From positions 1 through 40,988 of the IMG/VR virus record IMGVR_UViG_3300024284_000006: DNA of 40,988 bases. The stretch is one strand, 5' to 3'. The position numbers were made by a program, and so were the translations under genes. The DNA is from a virus (taxonomy: Duplodnaviria; Caudoviricetes). Below are positions 8,815 through 17,273 of this stretch, one piece after another; position 1 is the stretch's first letter, and every line of letters starts with the position of its first letter. The notes beneath the pieces were generated by a model. That model searched no databases. It had not been told where the DNA came from and saw nothing but the letters and a program-made list of their open reading frames with translations.

Positions 8815-8922
8815 ATGCTTCAGGTAACTGACAAACGTAAAAAAGAGACGCGTATCAACCCGGATACTGGCAAAAAGGAAGTCCGGTACGAGGGTGACTT
8901 CTTTTGGGTGGAGGTAAAGTAA
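8815..8922 (+). CDS. 35-aa microprotein
   Basis: AAGGAGA RBS; MLQVTDKRKKETRINPDTGKKEVRYEGDFFWVEVK; TAATG coupling to the next gene. Confidence 0.65.
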   Translation: MLQVTDKRKKETRINPDTGKKEVRYEGDFFWVEVK

Positions 8923-9287
8923 TGCCTGCTCCACTTAGTGGCCCCGTAACGTTCAGCACCGTGGGTTCTGCAACTGTTTCGTTACCATTTACACCTACTA
9001 CATTAGAGTTTCACACAGCTGGCAAATACAGCGTGAATGAGACAACGAATGCTCGTTCTGGTGAGGGCTGGGCTAGCTCGAGTTACCAGTGGGCGACGGC
9101 TGAGCTCACCAATGTTAATGGGTACTTTTCTCAACAGCGCCTGAACACTGCTTGTTTCTTAGTTCTTGATGCTTCTGGTGTGTCGGTTGTCGAAGGCTCG
9201 CTCACGTCGATCGGTACGAATTCAGTAACCTTTAACATTACAAAAGCGAGTTCGCTATTCCCGGTGTTTATGACTGTAAGACCATGA
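8922..9287 (+). CDS. Hypothetical beta-rich (possibly virion) protein
   Basis: Start MPAPLSG after GGAGG; Ser/Thr-rich. Confidence 0.6.
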   Translation: MPAPLSGPVTFSTVGSATVSLPFTPTTLEFHTAGKYSVNETTNARSGEGWASSSYQWATAELTNVNGYFSQQRLNTACFLVLDASGVSVVEGSLTSIGTNSVTFNITKASSLFPVFMTVRP

Positions 9288-9811
9288 AAAAAGATAGTCG
9301 CATAATCTTAGCCTTTGTTGTCCTTGCGGGGCTTATGGTTTTGCTGCTCGTTGTTTCTATGCAGCGTAACCAACAGGTAAATAAGGCTATTGCGACAATA
9401 CAGGGGCTGCAAGCTCAGGTTGAGCAGCTGAAAGAAACCAAAGTGCAAGTTGTGAACGGAAGAGACGGATATACTCCGGTAAAGGGTGTGGACTATTTTG
9501 ACGGTGCTAATGGCGTAAGTATTCAGGGAAACATGGGACCGCAAGGTATTCAAGGCCCTGTTGGCCCGCAAGGTCCCCAGGGTGCTGTTGGGTTAAGTGC
9601 ATATGACATTTGGAAACTTGCTGGTAACGATGGCGACTTGCAAGACTTTCTGGTGTCTTTAAAGGGTGAAAAGGGTGACCCGGCGCAACCACCCCAGGTT
9701 CAAGTTAACCCCGAAACAGGAGATTTGGAGTTCAAGAATGCCCAAGATTTCTTCTGGCAAGTGTGGATGAAGAAATGCGAAGTGCGAGATAGTTGTGATG
9801 ACGCAAATTGA
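9284..9811 (+). CDS. Membrane-anchored collagen-like protein
   Basis: N-terminal TM, coiled coil, GRDGYTPVKGVDYFDG, Gly-X-Y repeats, GLSAYDIW...FLVSLKGEKGD. Confidence 0.8.
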   Translation: MKKDSRIILAFVVLAGLMVLLLVVSMQRNQQVNKAIATIQGLQAQVEQLKETKVQVVNGRDGYTPVKGVDYFDGANGVSIQGNMGPQGIQGPVGPQGPQGAVGLSAYDIWKLAGNDGDLQDFLVSLKGEKGDPAQPPQVQVNPETGDLEFKNAQDFFWQVWMKKCEVRDSCDDAN

Positions 9812-10202
9812 CAGACAACTTAAAGAGGTGCGACCGAGCCTTAGATTAGTTGCCCCGCACACTTTCTACACTGGCCTAGGCTTTGCAGTTTTTAACATAG
9901 TTATGGGGGCCATTTCCTTTAACTATCTCTCTAGCAGACTTACGCTAATAGGAGTTGTAGGCATAAAAACTTGGGCCGTGCTTTTTGAGTGTATAGGGCT
10001 ACTTTTCTTCTATTCGCTCGTCATTAACAACTGGCGTCTTTTACGCCAGCTTATGTTGATAGGAATTTGCGTTAAAACGGCATGGCTCATGGAGCTCTTA
10101 GCAGACCAGAAATTTGTACTCTCTACCCTTTGGCTTTTGATACTTTACCTCCAGTGTTTGAACTACATTTATTTTACACCGGTGAACCGATATGGTAAGT
10201 GA
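9795..10202 (+). CDS. Multi-pass membrane protein (lysis cassette)
   Basis: About four hydrophobic segments. Confidence 0.65.
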   Translation: MMTQIDRQLKEVRPSLRLVAPHTFYTGLGFAVFNIVMGAISFNYLSSRLTLIGVVGIKTWAVLFECIGLLFFYSLVINNWRLLRQLMLIGICVKTAWLMELLADQKFVLSTLWLLILYLQCLNYIYFTPVNRYGK

Positions 10203-10401
10203 CAATGTACTTATATCTTTTATCTCGGCCGCTAGTGGGGTTGTCGTCACTTACATTACGGTTCGCTACCGGAACCAGACCCTTAAACCGAAAGCCAAGG
10301 ACCGTATTGATACGGCCTTTGACTACTATGAGCGAGTTATCAAGTCTCAGGAAAGGGAGATTGAGAAGTTACAAACAAGATTAGATAAGTTAGGAGAATA
10401 A
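10192..10401 (+). CDS. Small TM plus coiled-coil protein (holin-like)
   Basis: N-terminal TM, charged C-terminus, immediately before the endolysin. Confidence 0.55.
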   Translation: MVSDNVLISFISAASGVVVTYITVRYRNQTLKPKAKDRIDTAFDYYERVIKSQEREIEKLQTRLDKLGE

Positions 10402-10402
10402 C

Positions 10403-11128
10403 ATGAATCAACAGCAAATTTATCAAAACTGGAAGCCGGGAGTGTTGGGGCATCACATAGATATCGACAATGCCTATGGTGCGCAGTGTGTAGACGTGGA
10501 CCTAAGCTATGGAGAGGCTTTGTTCCCCGGAGTGGCGTGGTCGACCGTGTTTCCACCCGTAGCGAGCGCCAAGCTACTGGGTTCGCATCATAACGATACG
10601 TATTTTGAGTGGATCGAGAACGATCACAATAACCCAAACCAGCTACCGCAACAAGGAGATATCTTGGTTTGTGACTCGACCCCGCAATCTGGCTATACTA
10701 ACCCTTACAGTAACCCAGATGGCCATACTGGGGTAGTAGATAGTGCTGACTCCTCTGGTTACACCATCTTGATGCAAGACGGCTCAAACCCGGGCGGTAG
10801 TGCATTCTTGCAGCACCAGGCATGGCGATACCGACCAGTACTTGGGTGGTTGCGCCCGCGCCTATCGTCGACTCCTGCGCCCGCGCCTACTCCATTGGGC
10901 AAGAAGCTGTTCCTTCCGGCGAGCGTGTTACGGTGGCGAGTGTATCGTGTAGGTGGACCATGGACAGTCGGGAACGAGATTGCATTTCTGTGGCCTTCTC
11001 AGTTTCCCCCGGGGCTTACGTACACGATTGAAAAAACGCTTGCCCCGAACTTCTATCAGATTACTACTCAAATGTTTGGTACGGTGGCCATATATGCCGG
11101 CCCCGATACTGATGCACAAATAAGTTAG
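10403..11128 (+). CDS. Endolysin, CHAP-domain amidase
   Basis: DIDNAYGAQCVD (catalytic Cys), PQQGDILV, DGHTGVV (His), LGWLRP; Pro linker and C-terminal binding domain. Confidence 0.9.
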   Translation: MNQQQIYQNWKPGVLGHHIDIDNAYGAQCVDVDLSYGEALFPGVAWSTVFPPVASAKLLGSHHNDTYFEWIENDHNNPNQLPQQGDILVCDSTPQSGYTNPYSNPDGHTGVVDSADSSGYTILMQDGSNPGGSAFLQHQAWRYRPVLGWLRPRLSSTPAPAPTPLGKKLFLPASVLRWRVYRVGGPWTVGNEIAFLWPSQFPPGLTYTIEKTLAPNFYQITTQMFGTVAIYAGPDTDAQIS

Positions 11129-11136
11129 GAGGATGT

Positions 11137-11301
11137 ATGAATCTATCTAGATATAGAAAAACGATCGTAGCTGTTGTAGGAGCGGGGCTCACCTGGGCTC
11201 TTGCAACCTACGGTAATGATCCAGACGTTACAAAATGGCTCTCATTAGTGAGTGCTGTATTAACTGCTGCTGGAGTTTATTCGACTCCAAATGCTAAATA
11301 A
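11137..11301 (+). CDS. Holin-like two-TM protein
   Basis: AGGAGG RBS; RYRKTIVAVVGAGLTWAL...VSAVLTAAGVYSTPN; follows the endolysin. Confidence 0.7.
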   Translation: MNLSRYRKTIVAVVGAGLTWALATYGNDPDVTKWLSLVSAVLTAAGVYSTPNAK

Positions 11302-11312
11302 AGGAGAATTGT

Positions 11313-11483
11313 ATGTCATTATCAACACTAGGACTCGCGCTTGTATTGTTTCTGTTGGCCGCTGGCTGGCTAGGGTGGTTCGCGGTATCGGGAACCTTCT
11401 TAGGGGTAGTAGCGCTTATTACAGCTATATTGCTCGTTATTGAGGGTGGCCCGGTTGTTTACAAGCGGTACTTTGTACGGTAG
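11313..11483 (+). CDS. Small two-TM membrane protein
   Basis: AAGGAG RBS; 56 aa, almost entirely hydrophobic. Confidence 0.65.
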   Translation: MSLSTLGLALVLFLLAAGWLGWFAVSGTFLGVVALITAILLVIEGGPVVYKRYFVR

Positions 11484-11579
11484 ATATTCCCAACTATGTA
11501 AACAAGTGTGTCCCTTAGAAAAGACACAGCCTTTTAGGTGACAGTATTCAGGTTTTGCCATATCTGTTTTCCTCCGTAT

Positions 11580-11807
11580 TTAATTGATAGGCTCAGCAAT
11601 CTTTTTCGTAAAACCAGACCCTCTGACAGGGTACAGTGCTATTTGGATAAGCAGTATGTCTATGAAATCAAGATTCGCGAGAATGGAAACATGTAGACGG
11701 TGACCGAGTGCGCCCACCGCAAGCATTGTGATCCAGGGGAATAGCGTCAAGCTGAGCCCTAGGGTTACTAATGAGTCTTTAGGGTCGTTCTTAATTGTGT
11801 ATTTCAT
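11580..11807 (-). CDS. Small membrane protein
   Basis: GGAG RBS before MKYTIK; two hydrophobic segments. Confidence 0.6.
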   Translation of the reverse strand: MKYTIKNDPKDSLVTLGLSLTLFPWITMLAVGALGHRLHVSILANLDFIDILLIQIALYPVRGSGFTKKIAEPIN

Positions 11808-11931
11808 AGGTGTTTTCTCCAAATTTACTTATTATTAACATATTGATGTTCTGCAAACCAGTGGGCTTTACAAACCCATTTGCCTCTGATGTATTCGGTG
11901 GCTGGGTTGGGGCATTGCGAGCTGCAAAGGA

Positions 11932-12489
11932 TCATCGTTTTAGCCTGAAGTCTTTCTTTTTGATCTTGACCATTCGGCCATCGGGATGGTGCCAGACTAG
12001 ACCTTCGATATCTTTGTCTGTAAGCCATTGTTTGAGCATTTCAAACTCCAGTGGTACATTCTCGTATTCAGTGGCAAGACTGTGCTTTTTAAGCTGGTGC
12101 TCTCCGACTTTCTCTGGATTCCCCTGGACTTTTGGACCAAGAAGCTCATAGGTACCATCTGACAGAGAAACGTTGTCAGGATTGCCACCTTTGGCGGCTT
12201 CACGAAACCATTTGTCCTCTGCGCCCCAACCGACTTGGACCCAGCCCATTGTCTTTCCGGTGGTCTCGTCGTGGTCTACTGGCTCAAAGTCTGGTGGGGC
12301 TGTACGACCTGCTTTAAGTTCGTAGCGCTTGTACATCTTATGGTCACGGATAAGCACACAGGTACCGTCGTATTTACGCGTAGCTACGCCTTCGCCACGT
12401 ATCACCCATTCGGTGCCTTCAGAGTATGCATCGTAGACTTGGCCACCGTTCTCGAAATCTCGCTTAAACAATGTTGGTATTTTCTTCAT
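11932..12489 (-). CDS. RNA-ligase-like nucleotidyltransferase (DUF5565-like)
   Basis: ATRKYDGT (KxDG motif I), YELLG, IEGLVW, MVKIK (motifs III-V). Confidence 0.7.
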   Translation of the reverse strand: MKKIPTLFKRDFENGGQVYDAYSEGTEWVIRGEGVATRKYDGTCVLIRDHKMYKRYELKAGRTAPPDFEPVDHDETTGKTMGWVQVGWGAEDKWFREAAKGGNPDNVSLSDGTYELLGPKVQGNPEKVGEHQLKKHSLATEYENVPLEFEMLKQWLTDKDIEGLVWHHPDGRMVKIKKKDFRLKR

Positions 12490-12595
12490 TTCTTTCCCCT
12501 CATCATATTTATTAACTCCTTAAGTGGTAAATAGATCAGCAGCCCTAGAATTGAGACTAGGAGCATGATTGCTATGAAGCTTTTGATAGCATCGG

Positions 12596-12973
12596 TCATT
12601 TCAGGAGCTCCGGGTTTTCGTGAATGTTGCCGACAACACGGTAGTTGCTGGATTCGTACTTAAAAAGATTGGCGTTGCTATACTTATATCTTGCATAGTT
12701 AACGTCCCACTCAAAACACATGAGTTTTGTAGGTTGCTCTTTAAAAACATAAGCACCATTACTGAAATCGGCAACTTCACAAATATCACTCTCATAAATC
12801 TCAACACCATTTTTGTCTTTCAAGCCTGTGTACTGCATAAGCTCTACTTGATCGGGGCGATATTTCATAGTGTGATGGCTCGCCATAACTTTTTCTTCGC
12901 CACTGAGGGGCAACACACCAACATCAGCGTACATCTTGTGTCCGTCCCACGCCCTAAATTTTATTTCACGCAT
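12596..12973 (-). CDS. YopX family protein
   Basis: MREIKFRAWD...LMQYTGLKDKNGVEIYESDI...VVGNIHENPELL. Confidence 0.9.
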   Translation of the reverse strand: MREIKFRAWDGHKMYADVGVLPLSGEEKVMASHHTMKYRPDQVELMQYTGLKDKNGVEIYESDICEVADFSNGAYVFKEQPTKLMCFEWDVNYARYKYSNANLFKYESSNYRVVGNIHENPELLK

Positions 12974-13262
12974 ACTTCTTTCCCTTCTCCAGCCCAAGCT
13001 GAGCTCTAATCTCCGCACAAGCATTGTCTCGTCCAGGGCTTGCACTACCTTTTTCAGCTGCTTGGAGGGCGGTTTCTACTTGTTTGCGGAGGAGGTAGTT
13101 GGCCTCTCTATCCTGCTTAATGAGCTGCATGATCTGGTCAGTCGTCAGGTTCAATGCTGTATTTATAGTTTTATAATCGGCAAGGCCTTTGGTTTCTTCA
13201 CCGTATTGAAAGGCGTCATTCACTTTGTGGCGAATGGCTATTTTTAGTGCTTCATCATCCAT
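12966..13262 (-). CDS. Hypothetical protein
   Basis: 98 aa, overlapping chain of early genes. Confidence 0.65.
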   Translation of the reverse strand: MDDEALKIAIRHKVNDAFQYGEETKGLADYKTINTALNLTTDQIMQLIKQDREANYLLRKQVETALQAAEKGSASPGRDNACAEIRAQLGLEKGKKYA

Positions 13263-13521
13263 TGGTCTTTCCCTCTATTAAAGCCATTTTTTTAGTCAGT
13301 GACGCAAAAGAATCTAGCATTTCTTCGTTCATGAGCTGGAGCTTCTCGTATGAATCGCACATGAACACCAGACCTTCATAAAGCCTTTGCACGCGGTCGT
13401 CAAAGAGACCGTCGTTGTTGAGGGATGCTTTAAGCTGGAACATGATAGAACGATATTCTTTTAAAGATAACGCAACTTTAGCAACACTGCTTTTTTTAAT
13501 TTTCTGATCTACCTTATCCAT
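13255..13521 (-). CDS. Hypothetical protein
   Basis: Start MDKVDQ after GGAGG. Confidence 0.65.
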   Translation of the reverse strand: MDKVDQKIKKSSVAKVALSLKEYRSIMFQLKASLNNDGLFDDRVQRLYEGLVFMCDSYEKLQLMNEEMLDSFASLTKKMALIEGKTNG

Positions 13522-13921
13522 TGGTCTTTCCTCCAAGCTGGCCTGCGTCGTCTAATGCGATTACTAGTTTTAGGAGGGCTTTGAGAGGGGTATCAGCGTA
13601 CTGACTTCTCAGGCTCGCAAACTTGTATGCCGCTCTGTAGCGCATAGCTACGGTGGTTGTTGATTGCTTTTGTACAAAGACTCCCTTTTCGATGCGAGGG
13701 TTTTGCAAACCGGTCTCATCAGGTAGTTTCTCTAGTATATAGTCGGAGGTGTAGAGGGGGCAGTACCAGAACATTTTTGAATCGTCGTAGTTATGCTCAG
13801 TCTTGACCCAAACATCATTAGACTTGAAGTCAACGGGTATGTAGAAAGCCTCTAAAGTGTCCTTCCACCCAGTACGCTGATACACCTTCTTGCAAAGCTC
13901 AAGTAGTTCTTTATCTTGCAT
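13514..13921 (-). CDS. Hypothetical phage protein
   Basis: Start MQDKEL; contains PLYTSDYILEKLP and ADTPLKALLKL segments. Confidence 0.7.
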   Translation of the reverse strand: MQDKELLELCKKVYQRTGWKDTLEAFYIPVDFKSNDVWVKTEHNYDDSKMFWYCPLYTSDYILEKLPDETGLQNPRIEKGVFVQKQSTTTVAMRYRAAYKFASLRSQYADTPLKALLKLVIALDDAGQLGGKTNG

Positions 13922-14297
13922 TGGTCTTTCCTTCCTGTTTGAGGTGGCGCACATCTGCATTAATCTTGTCTGCCATTCTTCGTACCTGTAGAGCCGCTTT
14001 TAAATCGTGCTCGCTAATGCTTTTAGATTTTCGCACAGGTTTGTACCCGTGCTTTTCCTGTAGCCTCTCCATAATTAACTTCTCGACTAGACTTGCTGGT
14101 TCAGTCGCATAGTATAGATCACACAGCAGACTCCTCTCTGCTTCCATGATTACGTCGTAAAAGAAGGTGGCTAGGGACTGATTCTCGGTAACTTGTTTGT
14201 CTTCGTTAAACCAAATATCTCGGCCACCATCGAAAGGCTTTACTAACTTGAATCCCAATGACTGCATCCACACTGCTACTTTTTCTTGTTTGGTCAT
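13911..14297 (-). CDS. Hypothetical protein
   Basis: 128 aa, ATGA coupling. Confidence 0.65.
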   Translation of the reverse strand: MTKQEKVAVWMQSLGFKLVKPFDGGRDIWFNEDKQVTENQSLATFFYDVIMEAERSLLCDLYYATEPASLVEKLIMERLQEKHGYKPVRKSKSISEHDLKAALQVRRMADKINADVRHLKQEGKTNAR

Positions 14298-14560
14298 GAC
14301 TCTATCGCTTGATCCTTAGTTGCCTTTAGCTCTCGTAACTTTGATTCAATGCGCTCGATAGCAACCTCAAATTGGCGCATTATTGGGCCTTCAGTACCTA
14401 ATGCTTCAGCCTGATGTTGCAGTGACTTAGCGACTGTCCATTGGCCTTGATATCTAGCAATGGAAAGCAGGTTATCTACTTCTCTGTGAGCTACTCTCGT
14501 TATATCTAGGTGGTCTTCTACTTGCATAATATCCTCTCCTTTAGTTTTCTTACTCATCAC
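14294..14560 (-). CDS. Hypothetical protein
   Basis: 88 aa in the coupled chain. Confidence 0.6.
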   Translation of the reverse strand: MMSKKTKGEDIMQVEDHLDITRVAHREVDNLLSIARYQGQWTVAKSLQHQAEALGTEGPIMRQFEVAIERIESKLRELKATKDQAIES

Positions 14561-15090
14561 TCTGTGCCTTTCTTTAGTTGCTGGAGGCGCTCAACTTTTT
14601 GCTTGCCAGTGGAGGCGGCAAAACCCGTTCTACCTTTATTCCATGGTTTTTTGCCAAGATTATCAAATGAGTGTCGCTCATTCTCAGAATATGTAGCCCA
14701 CTCAAGATTGCTGACATCGTTGTTTACTTTGTTGCCATCAATATGATTGACACAGGGTTTATTCTCTGGATTGGCTAAGAACGCCATAGCAACGAGACGA
14801 TGCACAAACATGCACTTGCCATATCCAAGCGATATACGCTCATATCCGCTAACCAATGCAGGCTTTAATATTTTGCCAGTTTTGGACGAGCGAACCTTGC
14901 CTGTATTACTAACCTCATATCCTTGGTTACCAGTTGGCACAAATACCTCCCGTGCCTCCCTCAGCATCTGGGTGAAAAGCTGCTCAGCTTCTACAGGGCC
15001 GAAGTAGAATTGTGCGCTCTCATAACGAGCCTCGAAGTTCCTAATACCTTGGATAATTTGCTGTATCCGTTCTGATTCATTTTGTGGCAT
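14557..15090 (-). CDS. NUMOD4-HNH homing endonuclease fused to a helical N-terminus
   Basis: YEVSNTGKVRS, VHRLVAMAFL, VNHIDGNKVNNDVSNLEW. Confidence 0.9.
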   Translation of the reverse strand: MPQNESERIQQIIQGIRNFEARYESAQFYFGPVEAEQLFTQMLREAREVFVPTGNQGYEVSNTGKVRSSKTGKILKPALVSGYERISLGYGKCMFVHRLVAMAFLANPENKPCVNHIDGNKVNNDVSNLEWATYSENERHSFDNLGKKPWNKGRTGFAASTGKQKVERLQQLKKGTE

Positions 15091-15092
15091 GG

Positions 15093-15287
15093 CTAGGACT
15101 CAATCATTTCTGCTAACTCTTGCTTAGTGTAGCCGTGTATGTAGTAATAATCTTCTGGCATTGGTTCACCGGCGTGCCCGTTACCACTGACTTCATCATC
15201 AATCCACTTCTGTACTTCTTTCTTTGTGCGGGCCATGAACTCACAGCCTTCATCGCCAACAGCACCGTATTTCACGATTTTGCTCAT
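15093..15287 (-). CDS. Hypothetical protein
   Basis: 64 aa, GGAG RBS. Confidence 0.6.
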   Translation of the reverse strand: MSKIVKYGAVGDEGCEFMARTKKEVQKWIDDEVSGNGHAGEPMPEDYYYIHGYTKQELAEMIES

Positions 15288-15586
15288 ATATTCTCCAGTT
15301 CTTTGGTTAGTTTCTGGTAAATGCTTGCCTTAATAGTATTAAGGACTGATTGGACTTCACCACCTTCTTCAAATCCAGATAGCTCAGTATTTATCAGCTC
15401 CAGCACCCTCGTGATTGTGTCCTTTTGGGTTTGGGCGTAGCGGCTTAGCACGCCATCTACAAACTCGCGCCTTGCTTGGGCTTTGGCTTCTCTAACATAC
15501 TGGGGGTCACTCTTTTGGATGGGAACCCATGATTCTATATAGCCAGTTAGCCAGGCTTCTAGCTCTTCGCGCTGTGGGGCTGTCAT
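15284..15586 (-). CDS. Hypothetical protein
   Basis: 100 aa, coupled. Confidence 0.6.
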   Translation of the reverse strand: MTAPQREELEAWLTGYIESWVPIQKSDPQYVREAKAQARREFVDGVLSRYAQTQKDTITRVLELINTELSGFEEGGEVQSVLNTIKASIYQKLTKELENI

Positions 15587-15768
15587 TCTGGTATCCCTTG
15601 TACACCATGCTGCTTAAGAAGCTGTTTAGCGGCCTCGTAGTCTCGAAAATCGCTTGCTGGATTTGCTATTAATTGTGCAAGCTGTTTATCTGTACGGGTG
15701 GCCAAATAACTAAGTCTACGTCGCATATCATCCTGCTGGCTGGACTCTAGTAAATCTTGGAAGGTCAT
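15583..15768 (-). CDS. Hypothetical protein
   Basis: 61 aa, AAGGAG RBS. Confidence 0.6.
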   Translation of the reverse strand: MTFQDLLESSQQDDMRRRLSYLATRTDKQLAQLIANPASDFRDYEAAKQLLKQHGVQGIPE

Positions 15769-15772
15769 ATAT

Positions 15773-15946
15773 CTATTTCTCCTTTATGCCTATATTCAAT
15801 GATTTCCGAGCTGCATTTTCTCTTGACTCCATCAGCTTTGCGTAGCCAGCAATAAGCACTGGGCGTGCTTCTGGATGTGCTACGATGTCTCTAACGAAGT
15901 CTTCAAGGAATTGTTTGGGGGTTGCTGGTTCAGTTTCTGTGCTCAT
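15773..15946 (-). CDS. Hypothetical protein
   Basis: Start MSTETE after AAGGAG. Confidence 0.6.
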   Translation of the reverse strand: MSTETEPATPKQFLEDFVRDIVAHPEARPVLIAGYAKLMESRENAARKSLNIGIKEK

Positions 15947-16114
15947 GACTTTCTCCTTAAAATCCACCGACAACTATCTCTAAGAACTTTCCCCAGATGA
16001 GTGATAGAATCACAAGTGCGAACCCAGAGATCCCGAGAAGCAGTGTGAATGTGTGTGCGGTGCTTCTTAGTTTCATTGTATGTTTCAAACTTGAGTTTAT
16101 AGTCTTTCCAGGGG

Positions 16115-16315
16115 TCATGAGCCATACCGTTCCCGTAGACCTTTTTTGGCAGCTTCTTTTGCCCGGTCTCTGTTAGCGGCGAAGCCTTTGTTTGGGTTTT
16201 TGACTTTTCCACCCTTGCGCCCAATCTCTTGGTAGACTTTCCGTACTTCCTCAACGCTGCCATACTTGGCAATACGGCTTTTCCACCACGGTGTATCGTA
16301 ATCACTTGTTGCCAT
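16115..16315 (-). CDS. KGG-repeat (general stress/Con-10-like) small protein
   Basis: EIGRKGGK...GFAANRDRAKEAAKKG. Confidence 0.75.
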   Translation of the reverse strand: MATSDYDTPWWKSRIAKYGSVEEVRKVYQEIGRKGGKVKNPNKGFAANRDRAKEAAKKGLRERYGS

Positions 16316-16505
16316 TTTTCTTGCCTCTTCTGGAGATTTTCCCGCCTTTGGCACCGGCGATTCGGGCGAGCTCACGGTTGGCGTAGAAGCCACCGGTGTG
16401 GCCGTTTTTGCCTCCAATTGCTCCAATGTTGACAAAGAAATCGTCTCCGTACCTTTTCTTAATAGTTGCGACGGCGGTGATTGCGCCTGTTTTGGTTCCT
16501 GGCAT
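16302..16505 (-). CDS. KGG-repeat (general stress-like) small protein
   Basis: GGAGG RBS; MPGTKTG...IGAIGGKNGHTGGFYANRELARIAGAKGGKISRR. Confidence 0.8.
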   Translation of the reverse strand: MPGTKTGAITAVATIKKRYGDDFFVNIGAIGGKNGHTGGFYANRELARIAGAKGGKISRRGKKNGNK

Positions 16506-16858
16506 CATTCCTCCATTTCTTCTAAATATTTGCTTCCCTTTTTGTTGTTGCACGCTGCGCAACAGGGCTGTAGGTTTTTGAGTGAGTAGCGTAGTTCTGG
16601 ATGTCTGCTGCGACTTTTGACATGATCGAGTGTGAGTTGTGACCGGGTGAGCAGCTTGCCGCATATGTAGCAAAAGTAATAGGGTGCTTTGTTTTGCTGT
16701 AGCCACCTTTCTCGGGTGTGCATCCAAAGCTTGAAATGCTTTCCCCTGGGACTAAGCGGCTTGCGTTTTGTCCAGGGACAGTGTAGGGAGGTGTGATTAA
16801 CCGACCCGCATTTCTTGCACCCTTTTGGTCTTAGACTGCTGTAGGCGGGCACTGGCAT
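16505..16858 (-). CDS. HNH endonuclease with N-terminal zinc knuckle
   Basis: CKKCGSVNHTSLHC; CYICG...LDHVKSRS...NLQPCCAACNNKKG. Confidence 0.85.
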   Translation of the reverse strand: MPVPAYSSLRPKGCKKCGSVNHTSLHCPWTKRKPLSPRGKHFKLWMHTRERWLQQNKAPYYFCYICGKLLTRSQLTLDHVKSRSRHPELRYSLKNLQPCCAACNNKKGSKYLEEMEE

Positions 16859-16918
16859 ACGGTGCTTACCTTGCGTTTTGTTTGCTTAATAGGTTTGTGG
16901 CACGTGGGACAGAGGCGT

Positions 16919-17257
16919 TCAACTGTCATAGCCGTACTCTTCCATGTGTCGGCGGGTGTGCATGAGCATATTGGTGGGATAGTAGTCGGCGTTAAGTTCC
17001 CAAATGCGAATGATGTGCCCTTTGGCCATTGTGCGGCGGGCCTTGGTGTAGCCAACTGCCTGGAAGATGTCGTCTTGAAAGACTCTACCTAGAAGATTCT
17101 TCTTTATGTATTTAGGTAACGGATGCACTTCGAGCAGGTCTTCGATGGTAATTTGCCCGCGGTTAAGAAGGAGCTTCTGTGCTATTTGGCGCGCTTCCTG
17201 GATCCATTGCTCTTTGTTTGTGCGAAACAAGTCTTGCGTGGTGTTTGGTACCCTCAT
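16919..17257 (-). CDS. Hypothetical protein (possibly winged-helix-like)
   Basis: 112 aa; helical then beta pattern; fold assignment is only a guess. Confidence 0.6.
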   Translation of the reverse strand: MRVPNTTQDLFRTNKEQWIQEARQIAQKLLLNRGQITIEDLLEVHPLPKYIKKNLLGRVFQDDIFQAVGYTKARRTMAKGHIIRIWELNADYYPTNMLMHTRRHMEEYGYDS

Positions 17258-17273
17258 CTTATATCCCCCTTAT

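Noticed and set aside
15943-16305. 120-aa ORF from the track
   Set aside because: Overlaps the KGG gene in another frame; a 53-aa hydrophobic ORF at 15957-16118 with ATGA coupling fits the gap at least as well, so neither is called
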